Source of the DNA: an uncultured Rhodospirillales bacterium
GTDB taxonomy: Bacteria; Pseudomonadota; Alphaproteobacteria; Rhodospirillales; UBA2165
Direction of reading: 5' to 3'
Length of the DNA stretch: 64,000 nt
NCBI GenBank assembly: GCA_913055735.1
Contig: CAJXKD010000002.1
Location: forward strand, 472,150-536,149
Shown here: in pieces, positions 56,486 through 64,000 of the stretch
Numbering within the stretch: position 1 is the stretch's first letter
Layout: each line of letters begins with the position of its first letter
Notes under the pieces: generated by a model
Told to the model about the DNA's origin: nothing
What the model saw: the letters and a program-made list of their open reading frames with translations, nothing else
Databases searched by the model: none
Translations under genes and position numbers: made by a program

Positions 56486-57733
56486 TTAACGTTTCCAGCC
56501 GCAATCTTCAAGTATCCGGTCCGGCGTTAAATCCTGAATTTTCTTCTGTTGTGACGGCGTTAGACCGGTGCGCCAGGCATCGAGGCTGCCCTTCAACACT
56601 TCGTTGCTATGATGCTCATATTGGAGCTGCCGATCGTTTTTTAGCAGTTTCTCGTCAAAGCCGAAAAAATCTGCGATTTCCGCGAAATATCCTTCTGGAT
56701 CGGTCTTGAACTTTTCGAAGGTTACCAGCTTAACCTCCATACCGGAGGCGGGTGATCGTGCGAATTCATTCCAACCTGCTACCCAATCAGCCCATAAAGG
56801 TTCGTAGGCGTTGTCTATGTTCCAATCGATTTTCTTTTCGATGGGAAGGTCCTCATATCCGCGCGGCAGATGTTCGTAATACATGTGGCGGAGCTGCCAT
56901 GTCTGGTGCTCCAAATGATAAAAGAATGAAAAGAATGCTTGCCGAGGGTCGCGGAGATGGACCAGCATTTTCGACAGGTGAGACCGCGATAGGGTGTTCA
57001 GGTTGGCGTCGCTGGGCAGCGGGTGGCTCGTGCTCACCGCGGCGCCGCGCTGAAAATCGTCAAGTAGAACCGGAGCAAAAATGGACCGCGGAAAATTGTT
57101 CAACGTGGTCGGAAATATGCAGACGTCCAAACCGCATGCCATATAGTAAAGGATGTATTGTGAGGCCGCGCTCGGCATGGAGACCATAAGTATGGGCGGA
57201 ATACCGGCAGTGATCGCCGCCTCGCGCTTTTCTATTTGTTCGGGTAGGTTCTGGTAATTCAGACTAAGGAAGTCTTTGGGGCTGTAACTTCGTGCACCGT
57301 TCGCCGGACTCGATTTCGCCGATGACGAAAGGCCGTTACATTGGTCAACGAGGTGGTTTCGCAGTTTCTCATAAAGTTGCGCGTTGCTCTCGCCCCTAAG
57401 AAGCCTATCAAGGGTAAGTGCCTGATTGATACAATTGACGCTCAAATCCGGGCGGTCTGCTTTTAGTAGGCACAACGACTGCAAGAAAAATAGATAGTCG
57501 TTTGACTGATGTGTTTGCAGGAGCTTTTCCAGGATCCCGCTAAGGCTTCCGAAATTTCGGCTCGTAATCAGGTGGCGCAGGATCTCAGAGATATTTTCCG
57601 GAATATCTTCCAGGGGATTACCTGCTTCGAGAATGTCATGCGCCATTTCTTCAAAGGCTGATATCTCAAAATCGGGCATCATTGGCACAGAACTTTCGGA
57701 AGCCGGCAACCGAGAACAGGGGAATCGGGACAA
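56486..57733 (-). CDS. Sulfotransferase-fold protein with helical N-terminal domain; candidate phosphoramidate transferase
   Basis: ILMVSMPSAASQYIL (5'-PSB-like loop lacking Lys), MLVHLRDPRQAFFSFFYH (3'-PB motif), VTFEKFKTDPEGYFAEIADFFGF, KGSLDAWRTGLT. About 50% GC. Confidence 0.65.
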   Translation of the reverse strand: MSRFPCSRLPASESSVPMMPDFEISAFEEMAHDILEAGNPLEDIPENISEILRHLITSRNFGSLSGILEKLLQTHQSNDYLFFLQSLCLLKADRPDLSVNCINQALTLDRLLRGESNAQLYEKLRNHLVDQCNGLSSSAKSSPANGARSYSPKDFLSLNYQNLPEQIEKREAAITAGIPPILMVSMPSAASQYILYYMACGLDVCIFPTTLNNFPRSIFAPVLLDDFQRGAAVSTSHPLPSDANLNTLSRSHLSKMLVHLRDPRQAFFSFFYHLEHQTWQLRHMYYEHLPRGYEDLPIEKKIDWNIDNAYEPLWADWVAGWNEFARSPASGMEVKLVTFEKFKTDPEGYFAEIADFFGFDEKLLKNDRQLQYEHHSNEVLKGSLDAWRTGLTPSQQKKIQDLTPDRILEDCGWKR

Positions 57734-57792
57734 ACGGACTTATGATCAAACGCGGCCAGAAATAGGCTAGAAAGCGATTGTAAATATTATGT

Positions 57793-58566
57793 TTATTGCT
57801 TTCTCGCGCTCCAAGCACGGGTGAGGTAGCTGCAGGAAATGGTGCCCGATTTGGCTGTTTTCTCCTCAACGAAGCTCAGGAATTTCTTGAATTCCGACTC
57901 GCCGAGTTGTGCACGCACGTCATTAACGGATTTCCACACCCCGACGTAGCGTTCGGGGGACATTTCGATGGTGTGAGGCCCCTCCAAGAAAACGACGTCG
58001 TCAAAAAATCCGCATGATTGGAGACGCTCACTCAAACCTTCGGTGATCCCGCCTTTCCCTGAAGACTTCCGTTGAAGCCCGGGCTTCAAACTGTAAAGAA
58101 ATGCTTCGATCTCCTCCAACATGGGGTTGTCTTGGATGTGTCTCGGATTCCAGAGGCACACAAATCGCCCGCCCGGCTTTAAAATTCTATTGAATTCATT
58201 TACTGCCGCATCGAAATCCGCCCAGTGAAATGAGGAAGCCATGCTGACCCAATCGTACGTAGCGTCGGGCAGGCCCGTCTCCTCCGCGCGTCCAGTCAGC
58301 CATGTCACGGGAGTTGAAATGGACTGGGCTTTTCCGACCCGGCGCATGTCATCGTTTGGTTCAATGGCCGTAATCCGGCGAACGCCGAAATCGGCAAGCA
58401 TCGCGGTGAATATTCCGGTGCCGGCGCCGACATCGACCGCTTGGACTTCCTCTATTGGCCGATCAAGGAGTGCCAGTGTCGCTAAGACAACCGAGTGCGA
58501 ATAATCCGGCCTAAAACGCGCGTATGCATCGGCAAGCCCAGAAAAATCACCCAGGGGTAAGCTCAT
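57793..58566 (-). CDS. Class I SAM-dependent methyltransferase (Methyltransf_11-like)
   Basis: ATG at 58566 after gggaga. Motif I VDVGAGTGIF, then LKPGGRFV. Confidence 0.8.
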   Translation of the reverse strand: MSLPLGDFSGLADAYARFRPDYSHSVVLATLALLDRPIEEVQAVDVGAGTGIFTAMLADFGVRRITAIEPNDDMRRVGKAQSISTPVTWLTGRAEETGLPDATYDWVSMASSFHWADFDAAVNEFNRILKPGGRFVCLWNPRHIQDNPMLEEIEAFLYSLKPGLQRKSSGKGGITEGLSERLQSCGFFDDVVFLEGPHTIEMSPERYVGVWKSVNDVRAQLGESEFKKFLSFVEEKTAKSGTISCSYLTRAWSARKQ

Positions 58567-58777
58567 TTTTCTCCCACGCATCGACAGCCAAGACAACCGG
58601 GTATCCGCTAACAAATAGGGTGCTGTAGTTGAAAATTCGTAACTATTCGCCAGTGGATGAAAATTGCGGTGAGGCTGAGGATTTTTCCCACTGCGCGTTC
58701 GCTACGAGGCTGAATCCCCATACCTTCATGCGCGATTCCGGTATCTGTAGTGGACTCGTCCCGGACGGGACCACAAT

Positions 58778-60406
58778 ATGGCCGCCATGCAAAACTCTTC
58801 TTCAATGCCTGGCGAGTTCGATTACGTCATCGTCGGCGCCGGGTCGGCCGGATGCGTTCTCGCCAACCGGTTGTCTGCCGATCCATCGGTCAAGGTTCTG
58901 TTGCTCGAAGCGGGTGGCAAGGACGATTACTTCTGGATCAAAGTGCCCATGGGGCTGTCGAAGGTTCTTGGCAATTCCCGCGTCGACTGGTGTCTGCAAA
59001 GCGAGCCCGAGCCGTATCTGAACAACCGCATCGTTCCCTTGCCGCGCGGCAAGACTCTCGGCGGTAGCTCGTCTATCAACGGCATGGTCTATGTCCGGGG
59101 AATTGCGCGCGACTACGACGATTGGGCGCAGCGCGGCAATCGCGGCTGGGGCTGGGACGACGTTCTGCCCTATTTCAAGAAAAGCGAAGACTTCCAATCC
59201 GGTGCCAATGATTTCCATGGAGCGGGAGGTGAATTGGGGGTGTGCGATCCGGGCATCCGGTGGGAAATCCTGGACGCGTTCCGAGAGGCGGCCGGTCAGT
59301 CGGGTGTCCCCTTGACCGACGATTACAATACCGGGGAAGGCGAGGGCATTCAGTATTTCCAAGCGACCATCAGGGACGGCATGCGCGCATCGACAGCGCG
59401 GTCTTTCCTTCGGTCCGCCGAGAACCGGTCCAACCTGAAGATCGTCACGGGCGCGACAGTGCGCCGGATTCTCGTCAAGGATAAGCGGGCGAACGGCGTT
59501 GAGTTCTGGCGCGGCAACGAGCTGACGACCGCGACGGCAAAGGCCGAAGTGATTTTGGCCAGCGGCGCTTATGCCTCGCCGCAGCTCCTGCAGCTTTCGG
59601 GCATCGGGCCCGGCGATCTGTTGCGGCAACATGGCATCGATGTCGTCCACGACCTGCCGGGCGTCGGCGAGAACCTGCACGACCATTGGCAGGTGCGCAT
59701 GCAATACCGCGTACAGAACACCACCACGCTGAACGCCTGGGTGAACAACCCGGTGCGCAAGATGGCGATGGGCCTGAACTATCTTCTGTTCCGCAAGGGC
59801 CCTATGAGCGCGCAACCGCCGCTCCTGGCGGCGTTCGCCAAGACCAAGCCGTCGTTGGACGTTCCCGATATCCAATTCCACGTTACCGCCGCAAGCTACG
59901 ACAAGGTCGGTGGGCCGTTGGATGACTTCGCCGGGTTCACCAACGGGGTCTGCATCCTGCGGCCAACCAGCCGCGGGCATGTGCGCATCAAGTCGAGCGA
60001 CCCGCGCCAGCCTCCGGCCATGCTGCACAACTACCTTGAAACGCCCGAGGACCAGCAGATTGCCATCGACTGCGTCCGCTTTGCCCGCAAGATCGCAAAA
60101 TCGCCAGTGCTTGCCCGCTTCCATCCCGAGGAAACCAAGCCCGGGGCGCGCTACGAAAGCGATGAAGACCTGCTCGATTATGCCCGCGATGTCGCCACGA
60201 CCGTCTTCCATCCCGTCGGTACGTGCAAGATGGGGCAGGACCCCTTGGCGGTCGTGGACGACCGGCTGCGGGTAAGGGGGCTAGAGGGGCTCCGGGTGGT
60301 CGATGCCTCGATCATGCCCGCAATTCCGTCGGGCAATACCAACGCGCCCACGATCATGATCGCGGAGAAAGCCTCGGACATGATCCGCGAGGATCGAAGG
60401 GCCTAA
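58778..60406 (+). CDS. GMC-family FAD oxidoreductase (choline/alcohol dehydrogenase-like)
   Basis: [20 protein letters not shown]...LLLEAGG, and C-terminal HPVGTCKMG and [13 protein letters not shown]. Confidence 0.9.
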   Translation: MAAMQNSSSMPGEFDYVIVGAGSAGCVLANRLSADPSVKVLLLEAGGKDDYFWIKVPMGLSKVLGNSRVDWCLQSEPEPYLNNRIVPLPRGKTLGGSSSINGMVYVRGIARDYDDWAQRGNRGWGWDDVLPYFKKSEDFQSGANDFHGAGGELGVCDPGIRWEILDAFREAAGQSGVPLTDDYNTGEGEGIQYFQATIRDGMRASTARSFLRSAENRSNLKIVTGATVRRILVKDKRANGVEFWRGNELTTATAKAEVILASGAYASPQLLQLSGIGPGDLLRQHGIDVVHDLPGVGENLHDHWQVRMQYRVQNTTTLNAWVNNPVRKMAMGLNYLLFRKGPMSAQPPLLAAFAKTKPSLDVPDIQFHVTAASYDKVGGPLDDFAGFTNGVCILRPTSRGHVRIKSSDPRQPPAMLHNYLETPEDQQIAIDCVRFARKIAKSPVLARFHPEETKPGARYESDEDLLDYARDVATTVFHPVGTCKMGQDPLAVVDDRLRVRGLEGLRVVDASIMPAIPSGNTNAPTIMIAEKASDMIREDRRA

Positions 60407-60412
60407 AAAACA

Positions 60413-60433
60413 GGCTAAAATCAGCCTATTATT
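60413..60433. repeat. Copy 5 of quasi-palindrome (ggctaaaatcagcc) plus attatt tail
   Basis: Lies 7 nt after the GMC stop. aggct/agcct 5-bp stem possible. Confidence 0.5.
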
Positions 60434-60508
60434 GCATTATCCAGTGGTGTATCATTACAAAGTTCTATAAAGTTATAGAAACAAGCACTCACGGGGAGAC
60501 ATCTTGTT

Positions 60509-61696
60509 ATGCTCAGAAAAACCTTGATGGCCGCATCGGCCTTCGCGCTGATGGCGGCGACGTCCGTTGCCCAGGCGGCGGAGATCAAAGTCGGCTTTAT
60601 TACGACGCTCACCACCGGTGCCGCCGTTATCGGCAACGATATGAAAAAGGCGGTCGATCTCGCCGTCGAACATATGGGCGGCAAAATGGGGCCGCTGGAC
60701 CTCGAAGTCATCTATGCCGATGACGAATTCAATCCGCAGAAAGGCAAGCAGGCGACCGAGCGCCTCGTCAAACGTGACGATGTCGATATCGTGGCGGGTT
60801 ATATCTGGTCGCACGTCCTACTCGCGTCCAAGAACGTGGTGCTTGATGAAGGTAAGTTCCTGCTCAGCGCCAACGCCGGACCGTCGCCGATGGCCGGGGA
60901 ACAATGCCACAAGAACTTCTTCAGCTTCTCCTGGCAGAACGACCAGACACCTATGGCCATGGGTGAATTGCTCAACCAACGGGGCGTCAAGTCGTTGTAC
61001 GTCATCGCGCCGAACTACGCCGCCGGCCAGGACATGGTCGCGGGCGCGGAGCGGACCTTCAAAGGCAAGATCGTCGGCAAGGACATGACGGCTTGGCCGA
61101 CCCAGAAGGACTGGGCCGCCGAGTTCACCAAGGTGAAGGCCGCCAATCCGGACGGTGTGTTCACGTTCTATCCGGGCGGTCACGGACCGGCCTTTTTGAA
61201 GCAGTACGAGCAAGCCGGCCTGACGGGCAAGGTACCGCTTTATTCGGTCTTTACGCTCGATGCCATCAGTCTGCCGCTGTTGCAAAAGGCGGGCATGAAG
61301 AGCGCCATGGGCACCTACATGACCCAATTCTGGGTGCAGGATCTCGACAATGCCCAGAACAAGCGTTTCGTCGCTGATTTCAAAAAGAAGTACGGTTCCT
61401 ATCCGTCCTTCTATGCGGCGCAATCCTATGATGCCATGTTCGCGATCAAAGCGGCCGTCGAGGCGGTCAACGGCGATCTGAAGAACATGGACGGCATGCG
61501 CAAGGCATTCGAAAGCGCCGATTTCCCGTCGGTGCGCGGTTCCTTCAAGATGGGGCCCAACCACTTCCCGATCCAGAACTTCTATGCGCGTGAAGTGGTT
61601 GCCGACGCAGACGGAAGCTGGACGACGGTGAACCGCGGCGTCGTGCTCGCCAATCACCAGGATTCGTATGCTAGCAAGTGCAACATGAAAATGTAG
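60509..61696 (+). CDS. Branched-chain amino acid-type ABC substrate-binding protein (LivJ/K family)
   Basis: Signal peptide and a type I periplasmic binding fold pattern (IKVGFITTLTTGAAVIGND...), 395 aa. Confidence 0.9.
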   Translation: MLRKTLMAASAFALMAATSVAQAAEIKVGFITTLTTGAAVIGNDMKKAVDLAVEHMGGKMGPLDLEVIYADDEFNPQKGKQATERLVKRDDVDIVAGYIWSHVLLASKNVVLDEGKFLLSANAGPSPMAGEQCHKNFFSFSWQNDQTPMAMGELLNQRGVKSLYVIAPNYAAGQDMVAGAERTFKGKIVGKDMTAWPTQKDWAAEFTKVKAANPDGVFTFYPGGHGPAFLKQYEQAGLTGKVPLYSVFTLDAISLPLLQKAGMKSAMGTYMTQFWVQDLDNAQNKRFVADFKKKYGSYPSFYAAQSYDAMFAIKAAVEAVNGDLKNMDGMRKAFESADFPSVRGSFKMGPNHFPIQNFYAREVVADADGSWTTVNRGVVLANHQDSYASKCNMKM

Positions 61697-61750
61697 AAAC
61701 AGCGCTCCGCTGTTTCTAAGGCTAAGGCGGGGATGCGTGTGCATCCCCGC
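61696..61750 (+). terminator. Two tandem hairpins after the SBP gene (attenuator/partial terminator)
   Basis: gaaacagcg-ctc-cgctgtttc (9 bp) and gcggggatgc-gtgt-gcatccccgc (10 bp), followed by ttccacttt. Confidence 0.5.
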
Positions 61751-61809
61751 TTCCACTTTCCAAGACCGGCCAGCTTCGACATTCGTGCCGAAGATTGGTA
61801 TCCAATGCG

Positions 61810-62736
61810 ATGAACTACGTCCTATTCGCCGAACAATTTCTCAACGGTTTTCAGCTGGGGATGATCCTGTTCCTGCTGGCGGCCGGGCTGACCCTGGTGT
61901 TCGGTATCATGGACTTGGTCAATCTGGCGCACGGCTCGCTCTATATGCTGGGAGCCTATTTCGCCGCCACCTTTTCCCATCTGACGGGTTCGTTCGTTTG
62001 GGCCATCCTCCTCGCCGTACCGGCGATGGTGGCGGCGGGCATCATCATCGAGATGATCGCGCTCAGAACGCTTTATGCGCGCGACCATCTGGATCAGGTG
62101 CTCGCGACCTTCGGCTTGATCCTGTTTTTCAATGAATTGACACGCATCGTGTGGGGCCCGGAAGGGCAAGTTATACCGCTGCCCGCTTACCTCGACGGCA
62201 GCGTCGCGCTACCCCTGGGGATCGACTATCCGGTCTATCGCCTGGTGATCATCGGCTGCGGTCTCGCGGTTGCGCTCGGCTTGTGGGTGCTCGTTTCCAA
62301 GACGCGGATCGGCATGCTCATCCGGGCCGGTTCGTCGAACCGCGAGATGGCCGGGGCGCTCGGCGTCAACATCGCCACGCTATTCACCGTGGTGTTTGGG
62401 ATCGGCGCCGCACTTGCTGGCTTTGGCGGCATGATCATCACGCCCATCACCCAGGCTGAGGTAGGGATGGGGGAGATCATCCTCATTCAGGCCTTCGTCG
62501 TCGTGGTGATCGGCGGTATCGGCTCCATCAAGGGGGCATTCATTGCCGCCATTCTGATCGGCGTGATCGATACCATGGGCCGCTCGTTCCTGGATCTCCT
62601 GCTTCTGTTCATTCTACCTGCCAACGCGGCGGAGGCGGCGGGGCCCGCGTTGTCTTCCATGCTGATCTTCATCCTGATGGCGGGCATCCTGTTCTTCCGG
62701 CCGCAGGGCCTGTTTCCGCCCAAGGGCGCGCGGTAG
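61810..62736 (+). CDS. Branched-chain amino acid ABC permease (LivH-like)
   Basis: FAEQFLNGFQLGMILFLLAAGLTLVFG is a typical LivH N-terminus. Hydrophobic throughout. Confidence 0.9.
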   Translation: MNYVLFAEQFLNGFQLGMILFLLAAGLTLVFGIMDLVNLAHGSLYMLGAYFAATFSHLTGSFVWAILLAVPAMVAAGIIIEMIALRTLYARDHLDQVLATFGLILFFNELTRIVWGPEGQVIPLPAYLDGSVALPLGIDYPVYRLVIIGCGLAVALGLWVLVSKTRIGMLIRAGSSNREMAGALGVNIATLFTVVFGIGAALAGFGGMIITPITQAEVGMGEIILIQAFVVVVIGGIGSIKGAFIAAILIGVIDTMGRSFLDLLLLFILPANAAEAAGPALSSMLIFILMAGILFFRPQGLFPPKGAR

Positions 62737-62747
62737 AGGGAAGAGGG

Positions 62748-63743
62748 ATGAAGGTGCTGCTCGACATTCAGGCCTTGAAGACGCCGCGTGGAATCGTTGC
62801 CACCATCGTCGTTCTGCTGTGTGGCCTGATGCCTATTATCGCGCCGGCCATCGGCGAAAGCTTTTATGTCGACGTGTTCGCCCGCACCATGATCTGGGCG
62901 ATTGCCGCGGTGAGCCTCAACCTGATCATGGGGTATGGCGGCATGATCAGCTTCGGGCACGCGGCCTTCTTCGGTATCGGCGCCTATACCATCGGCATTT
63001 TAGCGTTCCACGGCGTTACCAGCGCCTGGGTACAGTGGCCCGTCGCTTTGATCCTGTCGGCGCTCGTGGGACTGGTGTTCGGTGCCATCAGTCTGCGCAC
63101 CAAAGGCGTTTATTTCATCATGATTACCCTGGCACTGGCTCAAATGCTGTATTTTCTTAGTGTCAGTGCGCAGCGCTACGGTAGTGATGACGGTTTAACC
63201 ATTAACGACCGTAGCGATTTCGGCATCGGGTTCTTCAACCTCGATGATGACCTCACCCTCTATTATCTCATCTTCGCGGTCTTGCTCCTCTGCGTTTATG
63301 TCTCGTGGCGGATCGTCAACTCGCCCTTCGGTATGGTAGTGCGCGGCGCCAAGTCCAATGATAACCGCATGCAGGCTTTGGGGTATCCGACCACGCGCTA
63401 CAAACTGACCGCTTTCGTCATCGCCGGCGTGATGTGCGGCATGGCCGGGGTTCTCGATGCCAATCTCGAGGAATTCGTCAGTCCCGATGCGCTCAACTGG
63501 CCGCGCTCGGGCGAGATGATCTTCATGGTCGTCCTCGGCGGTATGGGCAGCCTGTTCGGGCCGGTGACCGGCGCCGTGGTGTTCTGGCTGTTGCAGGACT
63601 TCCTTGCCAATTGGCGCGGGTTCATCGGCGATCACTGGGCGATCATTTTCGGGCCTTTCCTGATCCTAGTCGTGCTTTTCGCGCGCGGCGGTATCCATGG
63701 TCTCGTCGATAGGCTGTTTTCGCGAAAAGGGGGCGCCCAATGA
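62748..63743 (+). CDS. Branched-chain amino acid ABC permease (LivM-like)
   Basis: LNLIMGYGGMISFGHAAFFGIGAY motif typical of LivM. Confidence 0.9.
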   Translation: MKVLLDIQALKTPRGIVATIVVLLCGLMPIIAPAIGESFYVDVFARTMIWAIAAVSLNLIMGYGGMISFGHAAFFGIGAYTIGILAFHGVTSAWVQWPVALILSALVGLVFGAISLRTKGVYFIMITLALAQMLYFLSVSAQRYGSDDGLTINDRSDFGIGFFNLDDDLTLYYLIFAVLLLCVYVSWRIVNSPFGMVVRGAKSNDNRMQALGYPTTRYKLTAFVIAGVMCGMAGVLDANLEEFVSPDALNWPRSGEMIFMVVLGGMGSLFGPVTGAVVFWLLQDFLANWRGFIGDHWAIIFGPFLILVVLFARGGIHGLVDRLFSRKGGAQ

Positions 63744-64000
63744 CCGGCGTACAAGATCCCCTGGCCTCGATGTTGTCCGCTGAGAGCCTGATCAAGAATT
63801 TCGGCGGAATTGTCGCGACCGACTCCTTGAGTTTCGATGTCGCCCAGGGAGAGATTCACGCGATCATCGGGCCCAACGGTGCGGGTAAGACGACACTTAT
63901 CTCGCAATTGTCGGGTACCCTAATGCCCGACGGCGGACAAATCCGCTTCGACGGGAGCGATATCACACGGATGACGGCGCCGCAGCGGGCGCGCCGCGGC
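63740..64000 (+). CDS. ABC ATP-binding protein (LivG-like), 3' end outside window
   Basis: My own translation from the ATG at 63740: MTGVQDPLASMLSAESLIKNFGGIVATDSLSFDVAQGEIHAIIGPNGAGKTTLISQL. Walker A is present and the frame is open to the window end. Confidence 0.85.
   Translation, partial: MTGVQDPLASMLSAESLIKNFGGIVATDSLSFDVAQGEIHAIIGPNGAGKTTLISQLSGTLMPDGGQIRFDGSDITRMTAPQRARRG

Noticed and set aside
1-64000. tRNA, rRNA, CRISPR arrays, IS elements, integrases, toxin-antitoxin or recognisable defence systems
   Set aside because: No cloverleaf-like or repeat-spacer structure, transposase/integrase-like ORF or known defence gene signature was seen in the intergenic regions or ORF translations. 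This is a by-eye negative and could miss small RNAs.

Overview
Densely coding, high-GC chromosomal segment of alphaproteobacterial (Rhodospirillales-like) character. Hand-counted 60-nt spot checks give about 62% GC in core genes. I recognised no rRNA, tRNA, CRISPR array, IS element or integrase. All calls rest on reading the supplied translations and the DNA by eye; no BLAST, HMM or folding software was run. In order the window holds: an Fe(3+)-type ABC importer tail; a five-gene translationally coupled glycosyltransferase/phosphatase operon followed by a 1221-aa ABC-exporter fusion; a Dpp/Opp-type peptide ABC importer; two Methyltransf_24-like genes around ybaN; fhs; nadB-nadC; an M20 amidohydrolase; an AT-rich spacer with a small membrane ORF; a membrane-anchored receiver-like protein; degP plus an OmpR/HK pair; MBL, DM13 and thioesterase genes; a cytochrome c / orphan ABC ATPase / GATase unit; a peroxiredoxin-like gene with an in-frame TGA; an encapsulated-ferritin-like gene; a seven-gene TAXI-TRAP oxidoreductase operon; gcdH and ridA; an HcrCAB-type molybdoenzyme; a low-GC island; a GMC oxidoreductase; and a Liv-type ABC importer. 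Top candidates are: (1) 52.1-58.6 kb, a low-GC island carrying the full four-enzyme Campylobacter-type phosphoramidate donor pathway (Cj1415-Cj1418 equivalents). It sits convergent with a SAM methyltransferase and a sulfotransferase-fold protein that I propose as a new type of phosphoramidate transferase. (2) 7.7-11.4 kb, an ABC exporter with every ATPase motif degenerate, a triplicated intra-NBD segment, a cNMP-binding domain and a degenerate GGDEF that keeps its RxxD I-site. (3) 35.96-36.60 kb, a selenocysteine (UGA) peroxiredoxin-like protein with a SECIS-like hairpin 11 nt after the UGA. Next to it is an EncFtn-like gene with no encapsulin shell gene in the window.
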